Program-made: the position numbers and the translations under genes | Virus record (IMG/VR): IMGVR_UViG_2695421015_000002 | Origin: a virus | Lineage: Duplodnaviria > Caudoviricetes | Length of the DNA: 64,000 nt | Reading direction: 5' to 3' (one strand) | Shown here: piece after piece, positions 28,308 to 37,019 of the stretch | How positions within the stretch are numbered: position 1 is the stretch's first letter | How the letters are laid out: each line of letters starts with the position of its first letter | The notes under the pieces: model-generated | Databases searched by the model: none | The model's input: the letters and a program-made list of their open reading frames with translations, nothing else | Told to the model about the DNA's origin: nothing

Positions 28308-29771
28308 GTGTCGTTGATCACCGATGTCTCCCCCGAGGAGGCAGCGGCCGAGATCCTGCGTCGTAGGAGAGGCCGCGAGCGCCTCATCGACTTCACCACT
28401 TACACTCTGCCGAAATACTACGCTGACCCGTTTCACTATCAGGTCGCGGGCGCCCTGGAGCGCGTTGAGCAAGGCCTTTGCAAGCGCCTGATGATCTTCG
28501 CGCCTCCGCGGCACGGCAAGTCTGAGCTGTCGACCCGACGCTTCCCGGCCTACTTCATGGCCAGGAACCCCGAGAAGAACGTCATCTCGGCTTCCTACAA
28601 CGCTGACTTCGCCACCGGCTTCGGCCGGAACGTCCGCGACATCATCAAGGGCAGGCAATTCAATACGCTGTTTCCAGAAATCGCCATCCGCAGCGACCAG
28701 CGCGCTGCCGACGACTGGCAGCTCGAAGCGGGCGGTCAGTATTACGCGGTCGGTGTCGGCTCAGGCACCACCGGTAAGGGCGCCCACCTCTTTCTGATCG
28801 ACGATCCGATCAAGGACCGCAAGGAAGTCAAGTCGCAAGGTTTCCGCGACGACCAGTGGGACTGGTACCGCGACGTCGTTTACACCCGTCTCGAAGAGGA
28901 CGCCGCAATCGTCCTCACGCTGACGCGGTGGCATTACGACGACATCGCCGGCCGGCTCATCGAGCTGATGAACGACGGCAAGGGCTTGCCCTGGGAGATC
29001 CTGTATCTGCCGGCGCTGCCTTACGTGAAGAAGTTCAAGAACGCTGAAGGCCTCGAAGAACTGATCCTCAACGAGGATGGTACGGTGCCCGGCGATCCGC
29101 TGGGCCGCACTCCGAAGGAGCCACTGGCTCCGAACCGCTTCTCCTACGACGCTCTGATGGATCGTCTCGACGTTCTCGGCGAGCGATCGTTCTCCGCGCT
29201 CTATCAGCAGCAGCCGATGTCGGACGACGGCGGCATGTTCCGCGTCGACTGGTTTCAACCGCCGACCGAGATATCGCCGAGGCGTGTGCGTGTCCGCGCA
29301 TGGGATTTGGCGGCGTCTGCTGACGGCGACTACACCGTTGGCGTCCTGATGTCGAAGGATGCGAACGGCATCTTCTACATCGAGAACATCATCCGATTCC
29401 GCGGCACCCCGCTGCAGGTCGAGAAGAAGATCTTCGAGACAGCAAAGAACGATGGCCGCTCGGTCACGATCGTTCTCCCGCAAGACCCCGGCCAGGCTGG
29501 CAAGAGCCAGGTCGACAGCTATATCCGCCGGCTCGCCGGCTACATCGTCAAGGCAAAACGCCCGACAGGATCAAAAGAGGTCCGCGCTGCCGCATTCGCT
29601 GCGCAGTGCGAGGCCGGCAACGTGAAGATGGTGCATGGCAGTTGGAATAACTGCTTCACCGACGAATTGGAAACCTTCCCCCTTGGCACCTACGACGACC
29701 AGGTGGACGCGGCATCCGATGCGTTCAATGAGCTTCTCGGTCCGAAGAAGGCGCGAGTCCTTGACTGGTAA
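28308..29771 (+). CDS. terL: Terminase large subunit
   Basis: Walker A PPRHGKS, Walker B LIDDP, TRWH..D, YQQ.P, WDLA and DDQVDA nuclease motifs. Confidence 0.97.
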   Translation: MSLITDVSPEEAAAEILRRRRGRERLIDFTTYTLPKYYADPFHYQVAGALERVEQGLCKRLMIFAPPRHGKSELSTRRFPAYFMARNPEKNVISASYNADFATGFGRNVRDIIKGRQFNTLFPEIAIRSDQRAADDWQLEAGGQYYAVGVGSGTTGKGAHLFLIDDPIKDRKEVKSQGFRDDQWDWYRDVVYTRLEEDAAIVLTLTRWHYDDIAGRLIELMNDGKGLPWEILYLPALPYVKKFKNAEGLEELILNEDGTVPGDPLGRTPKEPLAPNRFSYDALMDRLDVLGERSFSALYQQQPMSDDGGMFRVDWFQPPTEISPRRVRVRAWDLAASADGDYTVGVLMSKDANGIFYIENIIRFRGTPLQVEKKIFETAKNDGRSVTIVLPQDPGQAGKSQVDSYIRRLAGYIVKAKRPTGSKEVRAAAFAAQCEAGNVKMVHGSWNNCFTDELETFPLGTYDDQVDAASDAFNELLGPKKARVLDW

Positions 29772-29791
29772 CGTCAGGACATCCATCCAAC

Positions 29792-31450
29792 ATGCCTTAT
29801 ACCGCACAGAATAACGAGGCGGGCTTTCCGGTATTCTCGTCGCAAGCTCCGCAAAGCGGCAACCCGGGCTTCCTGTCCTCGGCCGCGACGACGATGCAGA
29901 GCCGCGTCACGCTCATGCGGGACTGCTATGGCGGCACCGAAACGATGCGGGCGGCCGGCGCCACCTATCTTCCACAGTACGAGAAGGAGTCGACGACCCG
30001 CTACAACGCTCGTCTGGCATCCACCTTCGCGCTGAACAAGCTGCGTGAGGCGGTGGACGCGGCATCGGCCAAGCCGTTCCGCACGCTGCTCAAGATCCAG
30101 AACGGCGACCCCGATCTCGATCAGTGGGTGCAGGACGTCGATCTGCAGGGAAACCACCTGCACGTTTTCGCCCACCAGCTGTTCAACAACGCCATGCTCG
30201 ACGGCATGTGCCACATCCTGGTCGACCACCCGGACACCTTCAACTTCAAGAGCTACGCGGTCCAGAAGGCTGCGAACGTTCGCCCGTTCATGAAGCTGTT
30301 CCGCACGGACAGCGTGATCGCTGCCTATGACGAGTATGTCGGCGGCGATATCAAGACGCTGCACGTCCGCATCCAGACCCAGCGCTCCAACCGCGATAAC
30401 TTTCGCGAGTTCCTCTACGACCAGCTCCGCATCATCGAAGTTGAGCCGGGCTCGGATCAGGGCATCGTTCAGCTCTGGGAGCGCCGCGGCTCGGCAGCGT
30501 CGACCGAAGGTGGCGGCGGCTGGATCTTCGTTGGTGAGACCCCGCTGCAGATGGACGAGGTTCCGTTCAAAACGCTCTATGCCGGCGACAAGGAAGGCGA
30601 CTACCTGGTCAAGCCGATCTTCCAGGACCTGGCTTACAAGCAGATCGAGCACTGGATCTCCTCATCCGATCAGCGTTCGATCCTGTCGGCGGCGCGCTTT
30701 CCGATGCTGGCCTGCTCCGGCGTCCAGATCGACCCGGACGACGAGGCCCAGTTCGCCATCGGCCCGTACAAGGTGCTCTACGCTCCCGAGGCCAACGGTC
30801 GCTGGTATTACGTCGAGCCCAAGGGCACGGCGATCGACTCCGGCCAGAAGGACCTGGACAAGCTCGAAATGCAGATGGACATGCTGGCGCTGAACCCGGT
30901 CACGGGTACGCACCGTCAGTACGTTCCACAGAACGAGCGCGACATCCAGGAGACCCGAGTCCACTCGGTCGTCCATGACATGTCGATCCGCGCCCAGGAT
31001 ACGATCGAAGCCGCGATCAACCTGATGGGCAAGTGGATCAACCGCGACTACAGCCAGGTGCAGTGCATACTCAACACCGAGTTTGCCAACACCTCGGACC
31101 GGATCGCCGAGGTCGGCCAGCTCGTCACGATGTACGAGAAGCGCGGCATCTCGCGTGAGACCCTGTTGCGCGAAGTCTACAAGCGGAACCTGCTTGGCGA
31201 CGACTTCAACATGCAGAACGAACTGGCAGCTCTGGCCGCGATCGACGCGGCACTGGGCGGCTCCACGCCGACGACCGGCCAGCCCACCGACCCGCAGGAT
31301 CCGTCCGCAGTTGCCGGCGGTGGTGGCAACAACGGCAGCGGCGCTGCGCAGCCGACTGGCGGGAAACCTCCGACTGGCATGAAGGCGGGTGGTGCAAAGC
31401 CCGATCCGTCGTGGCCGGCCGGGCAAAATCGCCCCAAGCCTCAGTTCTAG
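29792..31450 (+). CDS. Portal protein (DUF4055-like)
   Basis: Follows terL; GGTETMRAAG..YLP...E....Y..RL, D.DL.GN.L and ISRET motifs. Confidence 0.9.
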   Translation: MPYTAQNNEAGFPVFSSQAPQSGNPGFLSSAATTMQSRVTLMRDCYGGTETMRAAGATYLPQYEKESTTRYNARLASTFALNKLREAVDAASAKPFRTLLKIQNGDPDLDQWVQDVDLQGNHLHVFAHQLFNNAMLDGMCHILVDHPDTFNFKSYAVQKAANVRPFMKLFRTDSVIAAYDEYVGGDIKTLHVRIQTQRSNRDNFREFLYDQLRIIEVEPGSDQGIVQLWERRGSAASTEGGGGWIFVGETPLQMDEVPFKTLYAGDKEGDYLVKPIFQDLAYKQIEHWISSSDQRSILSAARFPMLACSGVQIDPDDEAQFAIGPYKVLYAPEANGRWYYVEPKGTAIDSGQKDLDKLEMQMDMLALNPVTGTHRQYVPQNERDIQETRVHSVVHDMSIRAQDTIEAAINLMGKWINRDYSQVQCILNTEFANTSDRIAEVGQLVTMYEKRGISRETLLREVYKRNLLGDDFNMQNELAALAAIDAALGGSTPTTGQPTDPQDPSAVAGGGGNNGSGAAQPTGGKPPTGMKAGGAKPDPSWPAGQNRPKPQF

Positions 31451-31489
31451 CTTGCCTTGCATTCGTGCAATCTGGTAGCCGACAGGCAA

Positions 31490-31753
31490 ATGACCGAGAC
31501 TCTGACATTTCGGGCCGAGCAATACGCATGCGAACCCTGCTCACTGCGGCAGGGGACGCCCGTGCGCGAGCTTGTCCGCATGATCCCGGTGTCGGTCGTT
31601 GCTTTCGGCAAACTGGTGGGCACGGAATATTACTGCTGCCCGATCTGCTTCGAGCCGAAGTTCGATGTGAAGACCAAGAAGCCGGTCAAGGACCGGGCAG
31701 GGGCTGAAAAACATGGGGATTCCAAACAAGGACCAAGGCTCGTCAAAGACTGA
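31490..31753 (+). CDS. Small Zn-finger hypothetical protein
   Basis: CEPC and CPIC motifs. Confidence 0.6.
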   Translation: MTETLTFRAEQYACEPCSLRQGTPVRELVRMIPVSVVAFGKLVGTEYYCCPICFEPKFDVKTKKPVKDRAGAEKHGDSKQGPRLVKD

Positions 31754-32011
31754 GTCGACTCAGGGCGAGCTGATTGCCGCCCAGCTTTTGGAGCAAGAGC
31801 GGAAGGCTAACGCTTTCCGGGCTGCCGGCCTCCTGTTGATGTTGGGGATTAGCGCCCCAATGTGGGTTCCAGGGGTGTTCATCCTCTGGCTGATCCTCAA
31901 GATATTCGTCTTCTCGCCGTGATTTGCATTTCATTTGCAGGAGCCGGAAGCCCCTCTTGACAAAAACCCGGGTTTGTGGTTGAAGTTTGCTTGAATGCAA
32001 ATGGAGTATCC

Positions 32012-32299
32012 GTGAAGCTCTTCCAGCGCAAGATCTTGGTGCAGGCCTTCCAGCTCCCCCTTTGGGGCCAATCCGCTGACGAGATCCCGCCTCAATGGCT
32101 CGTCCGTCGCCTCCAGTCAGGCGACCTGGAGGTCAACAGGCTTGGCGGCCTGACAATGGCCACGCCCTTTGGCGTTCAGTCATGTGCCGCTGGCGACATC
32201 GTGCTTCTGACCGATGATGACACGATCCAATTTGCCAAGCCCGAGGACCTCGCCAAGTTCGAGGTCGTGACGGGCGACCAGCTGCTCAAGGCAGCTTAA
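32012..32299 (+). CDS. Phage hypothetical protein
   Basis: GGAG SD; KLFQRK...VQAFQ...T..G......GDIV motif; upstream TTGACA at 31957. Confidence 0.7.
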   Translation: MKLFQRKILVQAFQLPLWGQSADEIPPQWLVRRLQSGDLEVNRLGGLTMATPFGVQSCAAGDIVLLTDDDTIQFAKPEDLAKFEVVTGDQLLKAA

Positions 32300-32776
32300 G
32301 CACTCCTCTCATCAGAGAGCCTCTCCAAGCCGCTCAGGACCGTCCTGGGCGGCTTTTCCTTTTCGTTCACTCGACACTGCCCGCTCAGTCCCGATGGCTG
32401 GGCGGGCTCTTTTTCGGCCTGCGCCGGCCGGCAAATCGAGTTTCAACAGCTGCGCCTGAAAAACGGTCGAACTGTTGAAACCTTGGCGACAGCTTTCGGA
32501 CTCGCGCTCCCTTGAATGGTCGAGCGCGATGTCAGCGGTCTCAGCTCGCATCCCGCACAAGACGAGCAGAGATACCCAAGAGCGTGTCGCACGCCCGCGC
32601 CGCCGCTGACCACTGATTCGCCAGCACTGATCCATCGAGCGCCGGGACGGCCTCGAAACGATCGCCGCTGGCAACTCCGATTCCCCGGTCCTCGGGGATA
32701 TCGCCGGCCCCAAGGCGGGATGCCTGACGGGCCTTTTATCACGAGGGGCGGGATGCCCCGCATTTCCGGGATGGAT

Positions 32777-33670
32777 ATGCTCAAAGCAGTCGTTACCGAC
32801 ATCAACACCGTCGATGAAGCCCACCGTGGCCTGTACGTCGAGAAGAACGGGAAGTTCTTTCTGAACGTCGTGGCATCCGAGGGGTTCGAACTCGACAATG
32901 TCCAGGGCCTCAAGACCGCGCTCGGCGCTGAACGCAACAACGTTGCCGTTCTCCGGGAGCAGCTCAAGCCCTACGAAGGCCTCGACGTCTCCGCGGCTCG
33001 CACCGCGCTCGAACGTATCGCCGCCTTCGGTGAGATCACTCCGGATGCCGCCAAGACGGCGCTGGAGACCGCACAACGACTGTCAGCTCTCGATCCCGCG
33101 AAAGAGGCCGATAAGATCGCTGAGACGAAGCTCGAAACCATCAAGAGCCAGCTCGCCGCCCAGTTTGGTCTGGAGCGTACCGAGCTGACCACGAAGATCA
33201 CGGGCTACGAGACCACGATCAACGGCCTGACGGGGCAGCTGCAGACCCTGATGCGCGACAACGCCATCAAGTCTGAAGTTGTAAAAGCCAATCCGCTAGA
33301 CGATGCGCGGGATGCCATCGAACTTCTGGCTGGGCAATTCGTCCGCACCAAGGTCGTGGACGGCCGGTATGTCGCCGAGGTTATCGACGGCAACGGCAAT
33401 CCGCGGATGAAGGACTACCTCAACAACACCCCCTTCACCGTCACCGACCTGATCGCCGAGATCCGCGAAAGCAAGCCGGGGCTGTTCAAGGCCGACGACA
33501 AGCGCGGTATCGGCATCAACCCGAACTCGGGCGGCCACCCGCCCGCGAACCACGGCGTCAAGAATCCCTGGGCCAAAGAGTCCTGGAACCTGACGCAGCA
33601 GATGGTTCTGACCAAGACCAAACCAGAACTGGCAAAGCAGTTCCAAGCGCAAGCCGGCGTCGAGGAGTAA
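32777..33670 (+). CDS. Capsid scaffolding protein
   Basis: LY.E..GKF.L.V, V.GLK.AL..ER coiled coil, C-terminal NPW.KE.WNLT.Q; directly upstream of the capsid gene. Confidence 0.85.
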   Translation: MLKAVVTDINTVDEAHRGLYVEKNGKFFLNVVASEGFELDNVQGLKTALGAERNNVAVLREQLKPYEGLDVSAARTALERIAAFGEITPDAAKTALETAQRLSALDPAKEADKIAETKLETIKSQLAAQFGLERTELTTKITGYETTINGLTGQLQTLMRDNAIKSEVVKANPLDDARDAIELLAGQFVRTKVVDGRYVAEVIDGNGNPRMKDYLNNTPFTVTDLIAEIRESKPGLFKADDKRGIGINPNSGGHPPANHGVKNPWAKESWNLTQQMVLTKTKPELAKQFQAQAGVEE

Positions 33671-33761
33671 TCCTCGCACCGCATGCAGGCGCCGAGTCAT
33701 GTCTCGGCGCTTGCATGAATGCAAACAACTGCAAAGCCGGTCACAACCTCAAGAGTGAGAA

Positions 33762-34739
33762 ATGACCGTTACCGCTCTCGCGGACCTCATCGTCCCGACC
33801 ATCTTCAACAACTACGTGCAGACGCTGACGACCGAGAAGTCGCGGCTGTTCCGCTCCGGCATCATCACCGACCTGTCGTCCGTCATCGACGCGCAGATCG
33901 AGGGCAAGACGGTCAACATGCCGTTCTTCAACGACCTCGATACCTCGGATGAGGAAGTCGTGCTCGACGACACCACCGACCTGGCGGTCGGCAAAATGAC
34001 CACGGGTCAGGACGTCGCCGTCAAGCTGCTGCGCGGCAAGGCGTTCGGCGCGACCGACCTGTCGGCCGACCTGACGGGCGCTGACCCGATCTCCCAGGTT
34101 GCCGAGCGTTTCGCCAACTGGTGGGACATCCGCTTCCAGCGTGCGCTGCTCGCGACCCTGAACGGCGCGATGGGCGCGGCCAACATGACCGAGAACGTCA
34201 ACGACATCTCCGGTCTGACCGGCGGCGCGGCGGCGTTCGACGCCGACAGCTTCATCGACTCGGCGTTCCTGCTGGGCGACGAGCAGGGCGGCCTGACCGG
34301 CGTTGCAGTCCACTCCCAGACGCTCAAGGCGATGGTGAAGGCGGACCTCATCGACTACATCCCGGACAGCGAAGGCAAGCTCACCATCCCGACCTACATG
34401 GGCAAGCTGGTGATCGAAGACGACGGCATGCCGGTGACCGGCGCCGGCGCTGACCGCGTGTTCACGACCTACATCTTCGGCCAGGGCGCCATCGCCTACG
34501 GCGAGAAGAGCCCCCGCGTTGCGGTGGAAGTCGAGCGGCGTGCTCTGGTCGGTATGGGCCAGGAGTACATCGTGAACCGCCGGCAGTGGGTCATGCATCC
34601 CCGTGGTGTGAAGTGGATCGGCACCGCGGTCGGCCCGACGCCGACCAACGTGGAGCTGGCGAACTCCGCCAGCTGGACCCGCGTGTACGATCACAAGCTG
34701 ATCCGCATCGTGGCGTTCAAGCACAAGATCGCCGCCTAA
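33762..34739 (+). CDS. Major capsid protein
   Basis: T.LADLIVP.IF..Y, NMPFFNDL, R....HPRG..W...PT..ELA....W.RVY..K.I.IV motifs. Confidence 0.92.
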   Translation: MTVTALADLIVPTIFNNYVQTLTTEKSRLFRSGIITDLSSVIDAQIEGKTVNMPFFNDLDTSDEEVVLDDTTDLAVGKMTTGQDVAVKLLRGKAFGATDLSADLTGADPISQVAERFANWWDIRFQRALLATLNGAMGAANMTENVNDISGLTGGAAAFDADSFIDSAFLLGDEQGGLTGVAVHSQTLKAMVKADLIDYIPDSEGKLTIPTYMGKLVIEDDGMPVTGAGADRVFTTYIFGQGAIAYGEKSPRVAVEVERRALVGMGQEYIVNRRQWVMHPRGVKWIGTAVGPTPTNVELANSASWTRVYDHKLIRIVAFKHKIAA

Positions 34740-34807
34740 TAGCGGGTTCTGACAACAGCCCCTCCTGGAGCGATCCGGGAGGGGTTCTGTCTTAGGAGAC
34801 CAACTTC

Positions 34808-35230
34808 ATGAACATCCCAAAGGGCTATCGCGCCCGTGAGGCCGCTGGCCGCCAACGCAAGGTTCGTGGTCGTATTGACCCCGATATCCGCGCCCAGCGC
34901 CAGGCAGTCCTTGAGCCGAAGATCCACAAGGCAATCCTGCGGACCCGCGACCAGCACGAGCTGAAGGCGGTGTTCGAGGCCGAGGAGAAGGCGGCAGCCG
35001 AGAAGAGCGTCTCCGAGACTGTCCAGCCCGTCCAGCCGGTGGAAGCCGAGCAGACCGAGCAGGTCGTCAGCGATGAGCAGTTCGCAGAACTGGTCGACGC
35101 GGATGAGGACGAGCAGCCGGCCGACGAACAGTCCGAGCCGGAAAAATCCACGGAGGAGGAGCCTGTCGAAGCCAAGCCTGAACAGGCGGCTTCCAAGCCC
35201 AAGTCCAAGTCGAAGAACAAGAACAAGTAA
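34808..35230 (+). CDS. Hypothetical protein, basic N-terminus and acidic C-terminus
   Basis: AGGAG SD. Confidence 0.7.
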   Translation: MNIPKGYRAREAAGRQRKVRGRIDPDIRAQRQAVLEPKIHKAILRTRDQHELKAVFEAEEKAAAEKSVSETVQPVQPVEAEQTEQVVSDEQFAELVDADEDEQPADEQSEPEKSTEEEPVEAKPEQAASKPKSKSKNKNK

Positions 35231-35239
35231 GGACCGACA

Positions 35240-35476
35240 ATGTCTCTCGATCCCGGCGTGGCCCACGGCCAGAACGGCTCTCGCCACATCAACGAGGCGC
35301 TCGAAGACGCCGTGCGCCATGACGTGTTCACCGTCGCAACTATCCCGCATGCGGCGGACCACGCGACCAAGATCGTCGCTGTCTCCGATGGCGATACTGG
35401 AAAGCTCTGCCTGGCCTATTCGAACGGTGCCAACTGGCTCCGTATCGTGCTCGGCGCGGCGGTTTCCGCAACCTAA
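35240..35476 (+). CDS. Small structural protein candidate
   Basis: AAGGA SD; TVATIP.A...VSDG...LAYSNG.NWLR motif. Confidence 0.7.
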   Translation: MSLDPGVAHGQNGSRHINEALEDAVRHDVFTVATIPHAADHATKIVAVSDGDTGKLCLAYSNGANWLRIVLGAAVSAT

Positions 35477-35488
35477 TAGGGGTTCGTA

Positions 35489-35956
35489 ATGGGCTACGCG
35501 ACCAAGGACGATATCGACCAGCTCTACGGCACCGATCTCCTGGTTCGCGTGGCCGATTACAATCGCGACGGAACGCCTGACCCGGACGTCATCGCAAAGG
35601 GCCTGCAGGCAGCCGATGAGATCTGCGATGCATATCTCTCGGCGCAGTATGCCGTGCCGGTCACTCCGGTGCCCGGCATCGTCAAGAACTGCGCAATCGA
35701 CATCGCCGTCTACAAGATGGCGCTCGGCCGCACTGGCCGAACTGACGAAATGCGCGTGCGCTACGAGGATGCGCTCTCAATCCTCGAGAAGATTTCGACC
35801 GGTAAAGTCGGTCTCGGTCTGCCGAACGTCACGACGCAGCCGATCGACCCGACCACCGGTAAACCCCAGGTCGACGCCAACGGCAACCCCGTTCTGGTGA
35901 CGACCGATCCGAACGTGAAGAGGTCGGGCGGTTCGTTCGACTGCGGGAGGGCGTAG
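35489..35956 (+). CDS. Head-tail adaptor, Mu gp36/DUF1320-like
   Basis: MGYAT..D....G...L, DAYL...Y..P, DIAVY and RYEDA...L..I..G motifs. Confidence 0.88.
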   Translation: MGYATKDDIDQLYGTDLLVRVADYNRDGTPDPDVIAKGLQAADEICDAYLSAQYAVPVTPVPGIVKNCAIDIAVYKMALGRTGRTDEMRVRYEDALSILEKISTGKVGLGLPNVTTQPIDPTTGKPQVDANGNPVLVTTDPNVKRSGGSFDCGRA

Positions 35957-36435
35957 TGGCTGAGGTCAAGATTGAGATCGACGCCATGGGATTGGCGGTT
36001 CTCAATCGACGGCTGAACAAGCTTCTGCATAAGGCCAAGAACCTGGAGCCGGTCTGGGAAGACGCTGCCGACTACATGGTTCGGTCGACCGTCAACCGCA
36101 TCCTGCGGACCAAGACCGGCCCTGACGGCGAACGCTGGGCGGCCCTGAGTGATCTGACCATCCAACTTAAAGGGCATGACCGGCAGCTGTTCGAGAGCGG
36201 AGACCTGTACCGCAGCGTCCACGTCGAGGACGTCAGCAAAGAAGGCTTCGCGATTGCCGCCGACTCCGATCATGCATCGTTCATGCAGGACGGCGTCAAC
36301 ACGGTCAGAGGCAAATACCGATCCAAGAAGCCGTCGCCGCAAGTTCCGGCTCGACCGTTCATGGGCTTCTCTGATCAGAACGTCCGGGAAATTTCAAAGA
36401 TGCTCCGAGAGTATCTAGCTGAGGGAGGCGACTGA
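35956..36435 (+). CDS. Phage virion morphogenesis protein (Mu gpG-like)
   Basis: PDG.RW..LS..T, L..SG.L..S and PARPFMG.S motifs. Confidence 0.88.
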   Translation: MAEVKIEIDAMGLAVLNRRLNKLLHKAKNLEPVWEDAADYMVRSTVNRILRTKTGPDGERWAALSDLTIQLKGHDRQLFESGDLYRSVHVEDVSKEGFAIAADSDHASFMQDGVNTVRGKYRSKKPSPQVPARPFMGFSDQNVREISKMLREYLAEGGD

Positions 36436-37019
36436 TGGGAAAGATCGTCGACTTCCGTCAGAAGATCATCGACGGGCTCAAGACGCTGATCCCCGAGCTG
36501 GACGTCGATTGGTATGACGGCCTGTTCGATGAGCACGACATCGCCGACTGGACGCTGAAGACGCCCTGCGCTCGCGTTGCAGTCATGAACGTGCCGACCG
36601 AGCAAACCTTCACCGGGGAGCTGAACGCGCTGCTCCGCTGCGTGGTCGTCATCATCGACGAGAACAAGTCAGTCGCCCTCGACGGCGATGCTCGCGCCTG
36701 GGATTACGTCGAGACGGTCGCCACCTGGGCCAACATGAATGAGTTCGGCCACCCCGATGCGGCGCCAGCCGGCGCCATCAAGTTCAAGCGCATCAGCCAG
36801 CCGGTGCTTCGCCGCGAAGGCGTGGCTGTCGGCGTCATCGAGTGGCAGAGCAACCTGATGATCGGCACCAACCAGGTGATCATGCGCGACTTCGTCTGGA
36901 ACAATGGCCAGATGGTCACGAAGGTGCCGACGACGAAAAACATGGCGCTCGGCTACGTCCATAACGCAGCTGGCCAGTCCAGCAACGACCAGCTGGATGT
37001 AACACCAGAGACTGACTGA
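36435..37019 (+). CDS. Tail terminator/neck protein candidate
   Basis: Position and coupling between neck and baseplate genes. Confidence 0.6.
   Translation: MGKIVDFRQKIIDGLKTLIPELDVDWYDGLFDEHDIADWTLKTPCARVAVMNVPTEQTFTGELNALLRCVVVIIDENKSVALDGDARAWDYVETVATWANMNEFGHPDAAPAGAIKFKRISQPVLRREGVAVGVIEWQSNLMIGTNQVIMRDFVWNNGQMVTKVPTTKNMALGYVHNAAGQSSNDQLDVTPETD

Noticed and set aside
32516-32776. N-terminal extension of the scaffold ORF
   Set aside because: Arg/Pro-rich non-protein-like translation of a structured leader; the real start is probably 32777.
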